Shown here one piece after another: positions 25,327-38,721 of a DNA stretch of 64,000 nucleotides. The notes below the pieces were generated by a model. It did no database searches, had not been told where the DNA came from, and saw nothing but the letters and a program-made list of their open reading frames with translations. The DNA comes from Podarcis muralis. Lineage: Eukaryota. The stretch lies in the NCBI RefSeq assembly GCF_964188315.1, contig NC_135656.1:77376001-77440000 (forward strand). Reading direction: 5' to 3'. Position 1 is the first letter of the stretch. Every line of letters starts with the position of its first letter. Position numbers and translations under genes: made by a program.

Positions 25327-25577
25327 ATCGCCTGCTTCAGAAGTTAGGACCCGAACCAGTTGCTTCAAGTTACAAGACAAGAGATTCTGGCTAAACACCA
25401 GGAAGAACTTTCTGACGGTAAGGGCTGTTCTACAGTGAAACAGACTCTCTCAGGAGGCTGTGGATACTCTTTCATTGGAGGTTTTTAGCAGAGGTTGTAT
25501 GGCCACCTGTCATGGATGCTTTAGTTGAGATTACTGCATTAGAAGGGGCTGGACTAGATGAGACTGGGTGTTCCTTA
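25327..25577 (+). mobile_element. CR1 LINE 3' end
   Basis: aggaagaactttctgacggtaag...ggactagatg...attctatga tail. Confidence 0.8.
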
Positions 25578-26671
25578 CAGTTCTAAGATTCTATGAATGT
25601 AGAACTATTTTGCATGAAGAAACCAGGAAATTGCATACTCAGTAGAGGCCGTTATACCTGAGCTTTCCTTGATTTGTCCCATCATATTTCAAAATACTTA
25701 AGTTCCAGGCACTGCATCTAGACATCTATAATTATTGAAGTAGTGATGATCATGATACTTTCACCCCATGTGTGAGGCCACAGCATATCATCCTAGCTTT
25801 GTGTTTCAGTCTAAGGTAAAGGTTCTCAAACTCTAGCGAGCCTCCTCTGGAAATGCCCTACAATACTTCAAGAGGCACTTGCATTTCATGCCCTAGGATC
25901 AATTCATCCATCTTTCTCTTTTGCCCGTGTTTTGCTCCCTTCATTTTGCTTGTTTGTGCATAATTTAGCAAGACTTGAGAACTGCATACATCTCAAACCA
26001 CTAGAAGGGGAAAAATGTATTTTTCTAAGATGTATGAAGTTGGGTTTACTTGGCCTGATAATGTCATGGTGTTCATTCAGGGGATGTGAATGTCATAATA
26101 CTTGTGTAATATAATAATCAGCCTTAATTGCTGTTTTAGAGTATATTCCAATTGATTGGACTGCTACACTGGATGTGTTTTGATTATCAAATATGTGTTA
26201 TAGTTATGAACAAATCCTTCACGACAAAGATAAGGCTAGATGAGACATAGTAAGTAGCATACAGAAGAGTGAAGTAGAACATTTTAAATGGCACTCACAA
26301 AACATTTAACTTGAATAATCTGAAATGGGAAAAATAATCTTTCATCATACTTTTTACAGCAGACTGTAATAATATACATACTGTCGAAGCTCTTATGTCT
26401 CATGCTACTCCATTTTTTTCAGAAGTACTATTTTGGAATAAAACAGGGTAAACTCATCCTATTAACAGGAGTCCAAATTTTGATGAATCTTGTTTTATAT
26501 GGTTACATTCATTTTGATTTCAAAAACAGAATTATTGTTATTGTTATTGTTATTATTAAAGAACAAAGAAGTGCTTCCACATAGTTGCTCTCTAAAGTTT
26601 TATCAAGGAGTGCTACCTCCAGGAGATTCATTTCTCTTCTTGACTGGATGCCAATTCTACAACCTCTGTAC

Positions 26672-26677
26672 TTTATT
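26672..26677 (-). terminator. Candidate proximal AATAAA poly(A) signal for TIMP4
   Basis: First AATAAA seen on the - strand after the stop (about 125 nt downstream); no clear GU-rich downstream element. Confidence 0.25.
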
Positions 26678-26798
26678 TGCACAGCACAATTTGCTTTTGT
26701 TTCTAAGCAAGAGACAGTTGTTGGAAGTTCAAAGCAGCAGTGAGCGCACAGCGTCGGATGGACTTAACCCCCTGGGGCTTTGAAAGAAATTACATGAT

Positions 26799-26996
26799 TC
26801 ATGGTTCACTGATGTCAACAAAGTCTTTTTCTGGAGGAGGGCCACCACGATACCAACTGCATGTTCCATCACTGCGTTTGATACAGGCGTAATGCTTTGC
26901 TTGATGACCATACAGCTTCCTCTCTATCAGCCAATCTGTCCACAGGCATTCATTTGGTGTAGAGATGGAGCAGGGTACCATGTAGCAAGTAGAAAT
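26799..26996 (-). CDS. TIMP4: TIMP4 exon 5 (coding part), [65 protein letters not shown]
   Basis: ttag acceptor, 198 nt to stop. Five exons total 666 nt (221 aa) with 12 cysteines. Confidence 0.97.
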   Translation of the reverse strand: MSTCYMVPCSISTPNECLWTDWLIERKLYGHQAKHYACIKRSDGTCSWYRGGPPPEKDFVDISEP

Positions 26997-27362
26997 CTAA
27001 ACATGGAAAAGTACATTAATATCCCATTTTTAAAAATACTTTCCCAGTGCATACAATTCCATCTACCCATATCTGCAAAGGAACTGGTACCCAAATTATT
27101 ACACTGAAGTGAAATACTGTAAACCTTATGGAAAGTTCAGGGATGAGTTCATTCTCAGCCAGCATGGCCAATAGTCAGGGATAGTGAAAGTTGTAGTCTG
27201 GAGGGCCACAGATCTTTTGGCCAACCATATATATTATATATGTACAAAATGAATGCATTCCTTCAACATAGATCATAAGACAATATTGACCAACTTAATA
27301 TATATTTGACTGCACATTTTGTTTCCTGTGAGATGTTACCTTCTTTTAAATATTATTAGTAT

Positions 27363-27459
27363 GAAGAAGAGGAGGAAGAAGGAAGAAGAAGAAGAAGAAG
27401 AAGAAGAAGAAGAAGAAGAAGAAGAGGAGGAGGAGGAGGAGGAGGAGGAGGAGGAGGAA
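27363..27459 (+). repeat. 97 nt pure-purine compound (GAA)n(GAG)n microsatellite
   Basis: Directly visible, in TIMP4 intron 4. Confidence 0.95.
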
Positions 27460-28571
27460 TAATTAATGGGAATTGGTTAAACACAGTGAAAAGTAAAATA
27501 AAAACTTTTCAAAACATCATAAAAACATTATTTGCGCAAGTTGTTCTTATGGTCAGACTACATATTATGCTCTGTTAAAGATATGCTGCTATGACCTTAT
27601 CCACACTTATTTATTGCTCAGCTCTTTCCAGGCAAAGGCTGCACTTAAAAGCTCCTTGTCTAAGTGTGTGTGGGTTAGTTTGTTTTTTACTTGGAGCTTT
27701 CGCTGTGAAAACCCGCTCTTTAGCACTCAATCGGAGCAAACATCAATTCAGATGTTCCACAAATTGCCATTTGCTCCAGTTGAGCTTTAAAGAGTGGATT
27801 TTTTCAGGGAAAGCTCCAGAGGGGGAACAAAAGGGTGCTCAGACATAGACCTTTAAAGTGTGGACAGTGCCTGGAAAGAGTGAAGGAAAAGTAAATGTGA
27901 ATAAGCCCTATGTCTCCTGCTTTCCCTTCTTTCCTAGCCACAGACACCCTCCCAAAATTGATGTGTGGCTACACAAAAGGTCCCATTAGTGACAACAGGT
28001 ACTTAAAAACAATAACAGCAACTAACCCTTTACTAGTCACACAGGAGGTGGGGTGGGGTGAGTTGTAACTGGGGAGAGAAGGGATAAACTTCCCAGTGTG
28101 TTGCAGTGAGGCCTCCTAAGATTGTAAAAAAAAAAAAAAAAAATCCAAGAAATTTAACTGCACATTTCACCTTAAGCTAAACATGTAGTCTGACCCTTAG
28201 AGTCATGAAGTTTGTATTGATGTTGCACATGTATCTTAAGGACAAATTTCTACATTGTGCACATGAAATACAGGAACCAGCCTTGAATGCATGCGCCATT
28301 TTTATGATAAACATATATTTTCATGTGAAACATGGCCTATTCATCTAATTCTCTCCAGCAGTATCTAGCACTGGTGAGAAAATTGTCCAGGAGATCAGAT
28401 GGAAATGCAAAGAAAAGTTGTGCTAGATATGGCAGGTTAACAAGAATCACCCAAGCCAAGGCAGCTTGATGTGGGAAAGTGTAACACACAAGTGTGTATA
28501 CTTTCCTTCAAGTCAGAATCCATCCCATATTAGTTTTAATGAGAAAAGGCAGGCCAAAGAAGGCTAATTTC

Positions 28572-28707
28572 AGGGCAGCCAACATAGGATTTTCACATGT
28601 TGTTTGATGACAACCTCCATCCCGCCGGATCACTGGCCAAGCTTGTTGGGGCTGATGGGAATTGTAGTCCCAAAAACTGCTGGCGGGCACCTTGTTGGCT
28701 GCCTGCG
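28572..28707. mobile_element. Short palindromic squamate MITE
   Basis: gggcagccaaca...tgttggctgcc ends, with a central ccatc/gatggg palindrome. Confidence 0.6.
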
Positions 28708-28811
28708 CTTATGAGTTCAAATACTCAAATGAAAGAGATTGCCTTGCGCAACCTTTCTTGTGCTATAGGTCTGAAAGAGCAATGATACTCCAGTGGGTAA
28801 GGTATACTTAC

Positions 28812-28936
28812 TTTACAACCACAGCCCATTTGATATCTCTGATTTAGGCTTTTCTTTTGGGAGAAGGTAAGGTCATCCCATGGTTCAATGTAATTGCACA
28901 AATGGATAAGAACTTTACCATCATCTAAAATCTGTC
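28812..28936 (-). CDS. TIMP4: TIMP4 exon 4, (G)QILDDGKVLIHLCNYIEPWDDLTFSQKKSLNQRYQMGCGCK
   Basis: gcag acceptor, AAA|gtaagt donor, 125 nt; phases consistent with exons 3 and 5. Confidence 0.95.
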
Positions 28937-30282
28937 CTGCATTGGGGTAAACATCAAAACACAGGATTCAGAATTGCATTCCCAACATTAAAGATACAAT
29001 CCACATCAATGAAAGGTTTAGTTTTTGACTTCAGTTGCTTGTGAATGTCACCCTAAGATTTGCTGAAGCAAAAAAATTTTTTTTAACATAATGAATAAAT
29101 ACATGGAGCCTGCAATGAAATGTTGCTGTGTAATCCCACCACTAAATAGAATAACACTGACCCATCCTGAGTCTCCTCCAGGCTACTGTTTTTATTGTTG
29201 TCATTTATTTAATTTTCTATCCTCTCTTAGATGCCCAGGGCAGCAAACAACTAAGTACTAAATACATTTGTTTCTCTTTTCCAAATGTGGTTTTTGGAGG
29301 CCACTGTGCATACTTGGGCAGAGGGAAGAGTTTCTTACATTTTATTTTAATTTACAAACTACTGTTCTTCTGTATACTTCGCCTGCTAGAAACTACTGGG
29401 GGTTGTTTTGGGGGGGAGTGTCACATATCGCAAACAGACATAATCAGGCCAATGCAGAGCTTGTCTGAAGCCCACGGCAGGAGTCCTGTTAGAATAAAGT
29501 TATAAACTCAAACAAAAAAGCAGCCGATCTGTTAGCTGGCTTAGTCCTCCAAGGCATGGGCAAGTGTACCTGGCTGCCTCCCTCTTGCACATGCCTGGAC
29601 ACGGTGATAGCCACTATTGGAGGTAATGGCACAGTTCAGACTTTTTTGAGTTTTAAAATTTTATTTAGTACTGTAGTTTACAAATTTGTCTCCGTATCTG
29701 AAATGGCAAGAAGGACAACTTTTTGAATTAAAACAAGGGGTGCAATTGTAACAGAAATTTCTCTGGGTTGTATCCAATTAAATCACTGCATGTGCAGACA
29801 AGTGCAACAGAACTTCTCATCCTAAGCCTACTGCTATCTACTCAGGAGGTTGCCCCAATTAGCCCAATCTGCTGGTTGGGTGGTGGCGCAGGGGCCTCTT
29901 GGCCCAGATCCCACTAATTCTGCATGCTATTGGAAGCTAGCGCAAGGGGGCCTTTCCTACCCTCTCATCCCGCTATGGCTTCCCCAGATCCATGCTGGAG
30001 AGTCAGGAGAATTCCCATAAAAGCAGGTAGAGGGGAAGAGGGGTTCATGCTGTCTGCCAAGCAAAAATGCTTGCGCTGCTGGAACAACCACAAGAGCGCA
30101 ATGTTTTAATTCCTCCCTTTGGTATCATATTACTTATGCGAGCACAGTTTTCCATAGCAGCACAGCCCAAATTTTGGCTTTATATGGGCTCCAGTATTTA
30201 TAGTGTTAAATAGCATAATAAGCACTGGCCATGCTACTGTAATATATATTTTGTGTACTGCCTTGGCTTCTGTGTACTGTAC

Positions 30283-30397
30283 CTGTAAGGAGATATTGCT
30301 TCTTGTTGTTAGCTTCTAATTTCACCCCACAGAGAGAGGAATCGAAAGGTGTGAAGACATATTGAACATCTTTCAACTGTTCAAATCCTTTGAACAT
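30283..30397 (-). CDS. TIMP4: TIMP4 exon 3, MFKGFEQLKDVQYVFTPFDSSLCGVKLEANNKKQYLLT(G)
   Basis: cag acceptor, G|gtacag donor, 115 nt; TPFDSSLCGVKLEAN is diagnostic of TIMP4. Confidence 0.97.
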
Positions 30398-30542
30398 CTG
30401 TATTAGGAAAAAGGAAGAAAAAAGTGTTGTGACTAAGATTTTTTGTGAGGTTACAATTGATACAGCTAGATAAGATTGTTCAGCTTTGTGGCTTGACTAG
30501 CCAGTATGTGCAAGCTCTTGTCCACAGGGTTGTCCTCTGGGA

Positions 30543-30733
30543 CATGGGAGCCAACTCTTAGGGGCTGTGGGGGCTTTGGCCCCCACAATAAAATATTTGA
30601 GGGGACCATGCTTCCCCAAAGTTGATGGGCATTCCCATTCAAATTGTGTGCGTGTGCCACATCATGTGATCAATTATCCGGAGAAGGGCTTACCTGGGCC
30701 CCCACAATATTTTATTCACGTTGGCACTCCTGC
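30543..30733. mobile_element. Degenerate MITE (hAT-like)
   Basis: Imperfect TIRs catgggagccaac / gttggcactcctg; internal repeat gcccccacaata. Confidence 0.45.
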
Positions 30734-32572
30734 TCTGGGAGGGCTAGGGGAGGGCTTACAGAATAGAGCAGAGTAGGAACTTCTCCCCTCTAGCTTGCCC
30801 CTCAGTTATAAATTGGAGGCTAATCAAGGCATTAGCCAAGGCTGCAGTTTAGAAATTCTACTTTGCATAGCAACAGAACCGTGAATAAACCACAACAATG
30901 TCTAACATAAATAATTTTCACACAAATATTTGCTTGATTAGCCTGACAGTTGTGTAAGGGAGTTCTAGTGTTGTATTAAACCCTGCTTTTAGTGTGAATT
31001 TCAGAAAAGTGACATATTCAGTTTTGGCCTTCCTATATGCTGAGCCTCTGTTCTTGATAGTATTATTTTAGTTTCCTATTGTCCAGTGCTCACATGGAAA
31101 GCATTCATGCAAGTTACTAGAACTACAAATTCCATCTTTTCCAACAATTGAGCCTACTGGCTGGGGATGATCAAGTTATAGTCCAAAGACATGTGGAAGC
31201 CACCATGTTGCCTACCCCTGAATGACATAATTCTTTCTTAAACAATGCACACAAAAAGCCTATGTATATTATTTTTGAAAGGAAATCATGAAATGCGCCT
31301 TCTAAATGACTTCCATCAGTAATTGTTAATGAAATGCAACTGTAAATGAGTTCCCATTATTATATTGTGTTAAGTGTTGACAACTGTAAACAGCTATAAA
31401 TTCAAAATATTGCTGAAAAATATGCGTCTAAAGTTTAAATGCTGAACAGAAAGGTTTCTTTAAAAAACATAGCAACAGATCTAAATTTAGGCCAACCATC
31501 GCAACATAGCACAAGTGAATTTTATCTACCCAAATGAAGTTTACTTTTAAAAAAATTATCTAGTCTTATCTTCGCACATTTATATTTTATTACCATTTAC
31601 AAGGGATGGAAACTATAAAGGAATGTCTCAGGTCTATAAATATCCTAACATGTAAGACAACTATGTCTTTACAGTACCATTTAAGTCAAAGCACAAATTT
31701 TGATCTTCCACTCAAAAGTTTATGTATCTTGATTTTTTTCCTAATAAAATGTGTTCATCCGTAGCAGCGCTCTCTACTGAACTCATCCAAGCAAATGTGA
31801 TAGGTGGGTGCTTAAGTGTTTGCCAGTACAAACCATCACGAAGCACGTGTTGAAGTTAGCGCAGATATGGGAGGAATTGGTCTTGCAAATATCACAACCA
31901 CAGGGCTCCTCCAGCCTCATAACTGCCCTAAATGGAATTCCCCAGATGCAATGCAGGTGGAAAAGACTTCTCTACTGCCAGCTACACAATGAAATATGTT
32001 CTATTCTGTGTTCAATGGGATTTCCCCCTAAGTTTTCTTTCTGCCACTTACAAAAGAGAAAGAAAGGATGCAGCTGGAGAACCTGCTGAAGCTGATGAAA
32101 GGTTCCTCTGGATGTGGACCCAACCTGAGTATCAAGGAACAATGCTGGATCTAAGAGCATCCTCAGACTTGCAACCCTGACCTTTCAGGTGAACCAGAAT
32201 ATTGGCTATACAGAACTACTCATTATCAAAATCAAATGACACCTTTACACTTATTGCTGACTTTGAAATTGGAGACAAATGTAGATTAGACAGATTCTCT
32301 TTCCATCATACATATTTTCAGAAAGCTTTGTCTGCCAAGCGTATGCATAAGAACCATCTAAACCCATGCAGTGTCCACTCTTAATGTATAATCCCATAAA
32401 GTCTGAATCAGTCATTGTAACCCTAAGATTCCTAAACCAAACAGTTGGGGAATATCTCATCCTAGGCTTCTCAAGCACCTACCAATGGTGGTATAAAATG
32501 AATCTGATACCATAGATCTATATATATAACTACTGTTGTCGATGTTCTGGTAACATCTTGTAATATGTTATA

Positions 32573-32708
32573 TGCTGGGCTGCCTTTGAAGACTGTTCAA
32601 AAAGCAGCTGGTGCAGAATTTGGCAGCTAGCTTGTTGACTGGAGCAGGGCGGGCTGAACATATAACCCCGATTCTGGCATAGCTGCACTGGCTACCAATT
32701 AGCTTCCA
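32573..32708 (+). mobile_element. Old L2 fragment in TIMP4 intron 2
   Basis: Decayed GLPLKTVQ.LQLVQN...HITP...LHWLP segment. Confidence 0.6.
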
Positions 32709-33048
32709 AGAATCTGCAAAGCAAAGTGTTTGAATCTGTCCTGAATCTTGTTTCTAACACAAGTGCTTATAATTATGATTTTGCATTAGTTGTTTTCTAA
32801 TACAAGTTCCAACACAAAAAATATTTCTCCTAAACATGGATCAGACATGATTACTTCAGAAGCTATAAAATCATGTTACAGCACAATCTTATATATGTCT
32901 GATCAGAAGTTCAATAGAATTTATGCCCAGATAAATAGTATGTGTTGCACTCTTATGTGCACATTGGAAAATGAGTATAAAACTGACCAGGAGTAGTAGT
33001 AGTATTCAGTGGCATTTAAGCATCATAATAAACAATTTTTTCATGTAC

Positions 33049-33146
33049 CTTTATTTGTTTGATTTCATATCGAATCATTTTGTGAGTATGAAGAGGGTCT
33101 TCACTTGATGCGATCACTTTTTCACTGGAAATTTTTGCTCGAATCA
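33049..33146 (-). CDS. TIMP4: TIMP4 exon 2, (V)IRAKISSEKVIASSEDPLHTHKMIRYEIKQIK
   Basis: gcag acceptor, AAG|gtacat donor, 98 nt; VIRAK and YEIKQIK are TIMP motifs. Confidence 0.95.
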
Positions 33147-33765
33147 CTGCGAGTAAATGAAAGCAAAACAGACATTTTAGAATTTATTCACCTGTTCTTT
33201 CTGTAGTGTGACATTATTTGTACTATAAAGCACAGCTGCTGTTGTATTTAGTACAGTCTATTTCTCTCCCCCCCCCCCCCAGCTAATATGAAGATGAATG
33301 TGATTAAGACTAGAGTTCTCCTATGGTAATAATTTCACATAGCAAGTGCTTACATCTAGAATTCAACCAAATTCTGTTAATGCAGTATTGATGCTATATC
33401 AGGCTGGTTCACATGACTTCACGATGGGAATATGTGGACTCCTAAGGGGAGTTCATAGCTACATCACTCCTTCTCAGTCCTTTGTACTGCTGTCCCAAGA
33501 TGAGCCAAGGTTTGGTATATTATTTAGTTCAAATTGGGAGTTCTCATGGTTAAGTTCTCTATTCACTAACCACAAGCTGTAACCCAGGTTTGCTCTTGCA
33601 TTAGTTCAATATGAGTTGGTAGCAATAAGCAAACTTCTCTCCAAGTACCCTCATACTTCCACACTCTCAGTAAACTATATATATTTCAGCTTGCTGTGCA
33701 GTCCAAGCTTATGTGTGCTACCTTCCACCAGTGACCAGATGAAAATGGATGTTCTTGCCCCACCA

Positions 33766-33776
33766 TAATAATAATA

Positions 33777-33818
<42 letters not shown>

Positions 33819-34365
33819 TTATTTATATCCCGCCCTCCCCAGCCGAAGCCGGACTCAGAGCGGCTAACAACAGTAAAATGATACAACATTCTAAAATCAT
33901 TTCATTATAAAATTAATTCAAATCGGATTAATGGCAACCACTGGGCTAGAGTTCTGTGAGGATTGCCAAAAGAGGGAGTCAGGCTGTGCCCTGGCCAAAG
34001 ACCTGGTGGAACAGCTCTGTCTTGCAGGCCCTGCGGAAAGATGTCAAGTCCCGCAGGGCCCTAGTCTCTTGTGACAGAGCGTTCCACCAGATTGGAGCCA
34101 CAGCCGACAAAGCCCTGGCTCTGGTTGAGGCCAGCCTAACCTCTCTGTGGCCTGGGACCTCCAAGATGTTTTTGTTTGAAGACCGTAAGGTCCTCTGTGG
34201 GACATACCAGGAGAGGCGGTCCTGTAGGTACGAGGGTCCTAGGCCGTATAGGGCTTTAAAGGTTAAAACCAGCACCTTAAACCTGATCCTGTACTCCACC
34301 GGGAGCCAGTGAAGCTGTTATAGCACCGGGTGAATGTGATCTCGCAGCGAGGCCCCGTATGGAGT
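33766..34365 (-). mobile_element. L2 LINE 3' end of a second family, with (TTA)n tail
   Basis: ORF 33979-34299 RFKVLVLTFKALYGLGP...WNAL; 3' hairpin; (AAT)n on the + strand at 33766-33818. Confidence 0.88.
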
Positions 34366-35232
34366 CTCGCCTTGGCATTCTGCACCCACTGGAGTGCAAA
34401 GAAACTGTTCCCAAGGTAAACAATGTATAGCATCCTTCAAATAGCATAGCAGTGCTGCTGCTCTGAAGGATGTTCATATACGGTTGTTCTTCTTCCTAGA
34501 CATGTTATCCTCTGTGCCCATACAAGTTGCTGGAGCTCTTTACTAGGAAGAGATAATTCAGTCTTTCCTTCCCATGCAAGGTCTTAACACCTTAATCCTC
34601 CCTCAAACATCTCTTGCATACAGCAAAGGAGTGAAGGAAAATTGTAGTCATGTCATGTATTTAACATTAGGGGGAGTAACAGGTAGAAGATTAAGATCTC
34701 TTTCTCTCTCGCTAATTTTTCTGCAGTTTCTCTTATTTTTCATCTCCCGTGAGGATAGCATAGGTGCCATCATGTCCAACAACTTTTGTGTCCAATGAAT
34801 TGGATACTAAGACCTCTTGAAAGAAATTTTGGGCTACTGATAAGAAAATATTCACAGCCCATTCCTACCTAAGTCTCAAGCCTCAGGTAGATGGTTGATC
34901 ATCTACTGTTTGATGTGGATATCACCAAAAAGAGATAGATAAATGAGGGAATTCTGTAGCTATTCCTGCCTGCCTGTTCCCTGGGCCGAGGCAACAGTCT
35001 GAAAACTATTTTGCGCCTCCCTCTACTCTGCCAAACTCAGCAAAGGAGAGGTGGACCATGTCAATTCTCCCTGGTCCCCCCCCCCCCTTTCTTTGAGGAT
35101 AATTTTATATAACTGAAATATGTGCATAGCTGCAGTTTTACTGATGGGTGATGCATTTTTAAAGAAACCATACTGAATGAGAAAATCCCACCTACGGGCC
35201 ATAGTATTTTAAATTTTATTTTGACAGCTTTA

Positions 35233-35471
35233 CAGTGGTACCTCTAGTTACGAACTTAATTTGCTCCGGAGGTTCGTTCTTAACCTGCAACTTCTTAACT
35301 AGAGGCGTGCTTTCGCTAATGGCGCCTCTTGCTGCCGCTGTGCTGCCAGCACACAATTTCCGTTCTCCTCCTGGGTCAAAGTTCTCAACTCGATGTAAGT
35401 CTTCCAGGTGAGCGGAGTTTGTAACCTGAAGCGTTTCTAACCTGAGGCGTTTGTAACTCGATGTACCACTG
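35233..35471. mobile_element. Tigger/pogo-like MITE, 239 bp
   Basis: TIRs cagtggtacctc / gatgtaccactg with TA on both flanks. Confidence 0.82.
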
Positions 35472-38400
35472 TATAAGAAAAAAATGTTGTTTTGTGTCCT
35501 GCAGTATTGCAGAAAGCCCGCTCTAGATATTTCTGTCTTGCAGTCATGAAGAAAATACAGACCCCTAAAGATTTGGTTAACCAAAATTGTAATGATGAAG
35601 TCGTTCTCCTGTGTATCAGTATGGGTTGTCTCTTCCAATTTGTGTTCAGCTGTATGCTGTTCTCTTATTTCAGCTGGAGTCAGCCATCATTAGTGTGATG
35701 AATGGTAGCCAATTTGGAAATATCAACTGTGATAATTACACAAATTAGCTACTTCGTATTCTTTCAGTGGTAAAATACTGGATCACCCAAGTTTGCTGAT
35801 TAATACATCAGTAGGGTTTTTTTTTAATGAGTTCCAGAGCTTCAGAACTCATAACAAAATTGCTGGCAAGGACGCTGGGATCTTATTCATTGAGGTTCAT
35901 GAGTTTGTCTATAAAAGAAATTTAAAAATGTTTCCAACATGCTTCCATAGTCCCCAAACCACACTTCCTTTGAGCAAACAAAATACAATTTGCTGTGTGG
36001 CAAATGAGGACATTTGCAAAAGCCTGTTAGTTAGCATTATGCAGCAGAAAAGGTATGTGTTAGCTCCTTCTAGCTTTATAAATCACTGCACTTAACAATG
36101 AGGTAGATGTCCTGTAGGAAGGAGCCTCAAGGCTAGCCCTACCATAAGGGAGAGTGAGGTAACCACCTCAGGCAGGAGATTTTTGAAAGGGCAGCATATT
36201 GTTAGTTTTTTAATGTATTATTGCTGTATTTATATTGCCAGAGTGTAGGGTAGACTGTTGTGGGATATTCTGCTTCAGCTGCAAAACAACAACAACAACA
36301 ACTTTGCTGGCAGTATTGGGTATTATACAAATTGGCATGACCAGGCAAAGGAGCTCTGCCACTTGCTCTCTGTCTCAGGTGGCAAAATGTCTTGGGCTAG
36401 CCTTGGATTCCCTAAAGCAGGAATGTCCAGGATCTTAAGTCCAGGAGGTGGAATTTATGTATTAATACATTTCTGCTAGTATACATATTATATGGCTGCT
36501 TCTTTGTATATATTTCAATTTTTGTGTATATGGCTGTTTTAAGATGGTCTATATCTGTAATGCCTAATAAAGGTTTCGAGAAAGAAAAAAAGAAAAAGTA
36601 TTAACTCCTAGCTACTTGGTGGCTATGAATTATAGAAGGGAGAACTATACTGCCACTCGTGAAAGCTGGATAATTATTCTTTAAGGGCTTTGAATTCAGT
36701 TGTGTGGCCAGCTATCCAAGCTTATGGCATAGGTTGTTGCTGCAAAGGAACTTGCTTCTCCAGTATGGGGTCATGGGGTCAAGCTGCTCCTGTTCTAAAC
36801 AACAGCTCCCAGTTCCTCACAGGCTGAGCAAAAATGTCTTGAAAATATTGATTATTCCACAGGTGTCAGCTGCAGCAGCTGCTTATTATCACCATCACAT
36901 TATTATTAATATTATCATCATCATTACCTCATTTTTGAGTCTAGAAATCCTCTAGGTAGTTTGCAAAACCCCCACAATATTTCAGTACAAAGCTATGGTT
37001 AGCTAAGGGTGGAGTGGGGGGGTGGTATATTACTTCCATTTGTCCTCTTGATCATAAGAGCATCAGGAGAGCCAACATCATGTACATAAAGAGCATCAAT
37101 GTTGCAATTCTATTCACACTTACATGTGAGTAAGCATCACTGAACAGTGAAGTAAGCGTGCAAAGGATTGAGCTTTTGAGAGACTTTATATTATTTTTAT
37201 GCAAAATTTAATTCATCAGCATGGAAGAGGGCCAGATAAAACATGAAATTCTATGAGAGCCTGTGAGGAATATCTCCAGCAGGTAGAAAGCATCCATCAT
37301 CACTAACTAAGACATACGTTCTGTTTCCAGAAATATTAAGTATTTTATATAAATGGATACTTGGAAGATGCATATAACTTTTCTCTCCTTACTGTCCATT
37401 AAAAAGAATCCAGTTAGGCCTTGATAGTGGGGTGGAGGAGGTAGGGCAGTTTCTATCTGTATGGCTGCTTCTCATGGTCAGGAAGAGTTTATATTATATT
37501 GTTTGGCTGGGGCTGCCACAGTTTTCTCTTATATTGCCAACTGAAGGAGTTTCTTTTCGAAACTGGGATCACCAGGCTCTAGTCCTGTCTGTTGCTACAG
37601 CTGCTCCGCCGCTTTCAGGAATTCCCTTGTGCCGGCGATATGAATATATATTACTAATTGTTATATTGTATTTGTTGTGATAAGTCTGAAGTTCTGCTTG
37701 TATGCACTGTATGCCTTGTAATAGTGGGTACACTGTGATGAACACATTTGTTGTACTTCGTTTGCTATATATTGTAGCTTCGTATGTTGACCTGAACCCC
37801 TGTCCCCCCCCCCCCATTTGTGTAGATTCTCACACAGTGGGTTCCTTATTTTTTGTGCTTACTGATTTCTTTTACACATTTACCTGAATTCTGGAATCTC
37901 TCCTAAAATATACTTTGAGCAATGATGGTTCTTGCCACAAATACAGTGCTCAATATTTGTAATTTTCAGTAGGTAGGCTCCATTTCTTTCAATAACTCTT
38001 AAAAGTCTAATTTACTTCCTAGCAGAATCAAGTTTGAGGTAAGATGTAGGAAGTAAAAAATAATGCTCATGTTCTGAAAAGTAATTATTACTTTGAAGCT
38101 AGTTTGTCAAGTTTGTCAAGTAAGGTCACATATAAAGGTACTGTAGATAACATAAGTGTCTACTGTGTGCCCAATATAGAATTTTTGCTGCCATATACTG
38201 AAACAAACGTACGTTTAAGAATCATGCACTTGTTTTCTGCCACCATCCCACATGATATTTCTCAATTCCAGCACACCAGTTTATTTCTTCCAAGTTACTT
38301 GGGCCTACTTAGTAGTAGCTATGAATGTTTCGAAACTAGGCATCGCTTGAAGAAACAAAAGCAGCAAAACCACTAATCACACAGACAAATGCAACAATGA

Positions 38401-38633
38401 AATTGCTTCTTGTTTCATCTTGGGAATGGTAAGGGTTCTGAATTAGCCAAAGGTCACCCATGTATACCGTCTCTTGATTTAACCAGTGCCTGGGGTACCC
38501 TCCTTCATTCACATATAATTTTCAAAGGAGAAAAATTAATAAAAAGGAAGAGAAACGGAACGGCAAAAAAAGATAGGAACAGCTGAAGCATTAACACAAT
38601 TTTCATATACCTTTAGTATAACAATTTTTTCTT

Positions 38634-38721
38634 TTCTTCTTTTTATATTGATTTACTATGTGCTGTGAGATTCCCTGTTCTTCTTTTTATATTGATTTAC
38701 TATGTGCTGTGAGATTCCCTG
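38634..38721. repeat. Perfect 44 bp tandem duplication
   Basis: ttcttctttttatattgatttactatgtgctgtgagattccctg twice, no mismatches. Confidence 0.95.
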
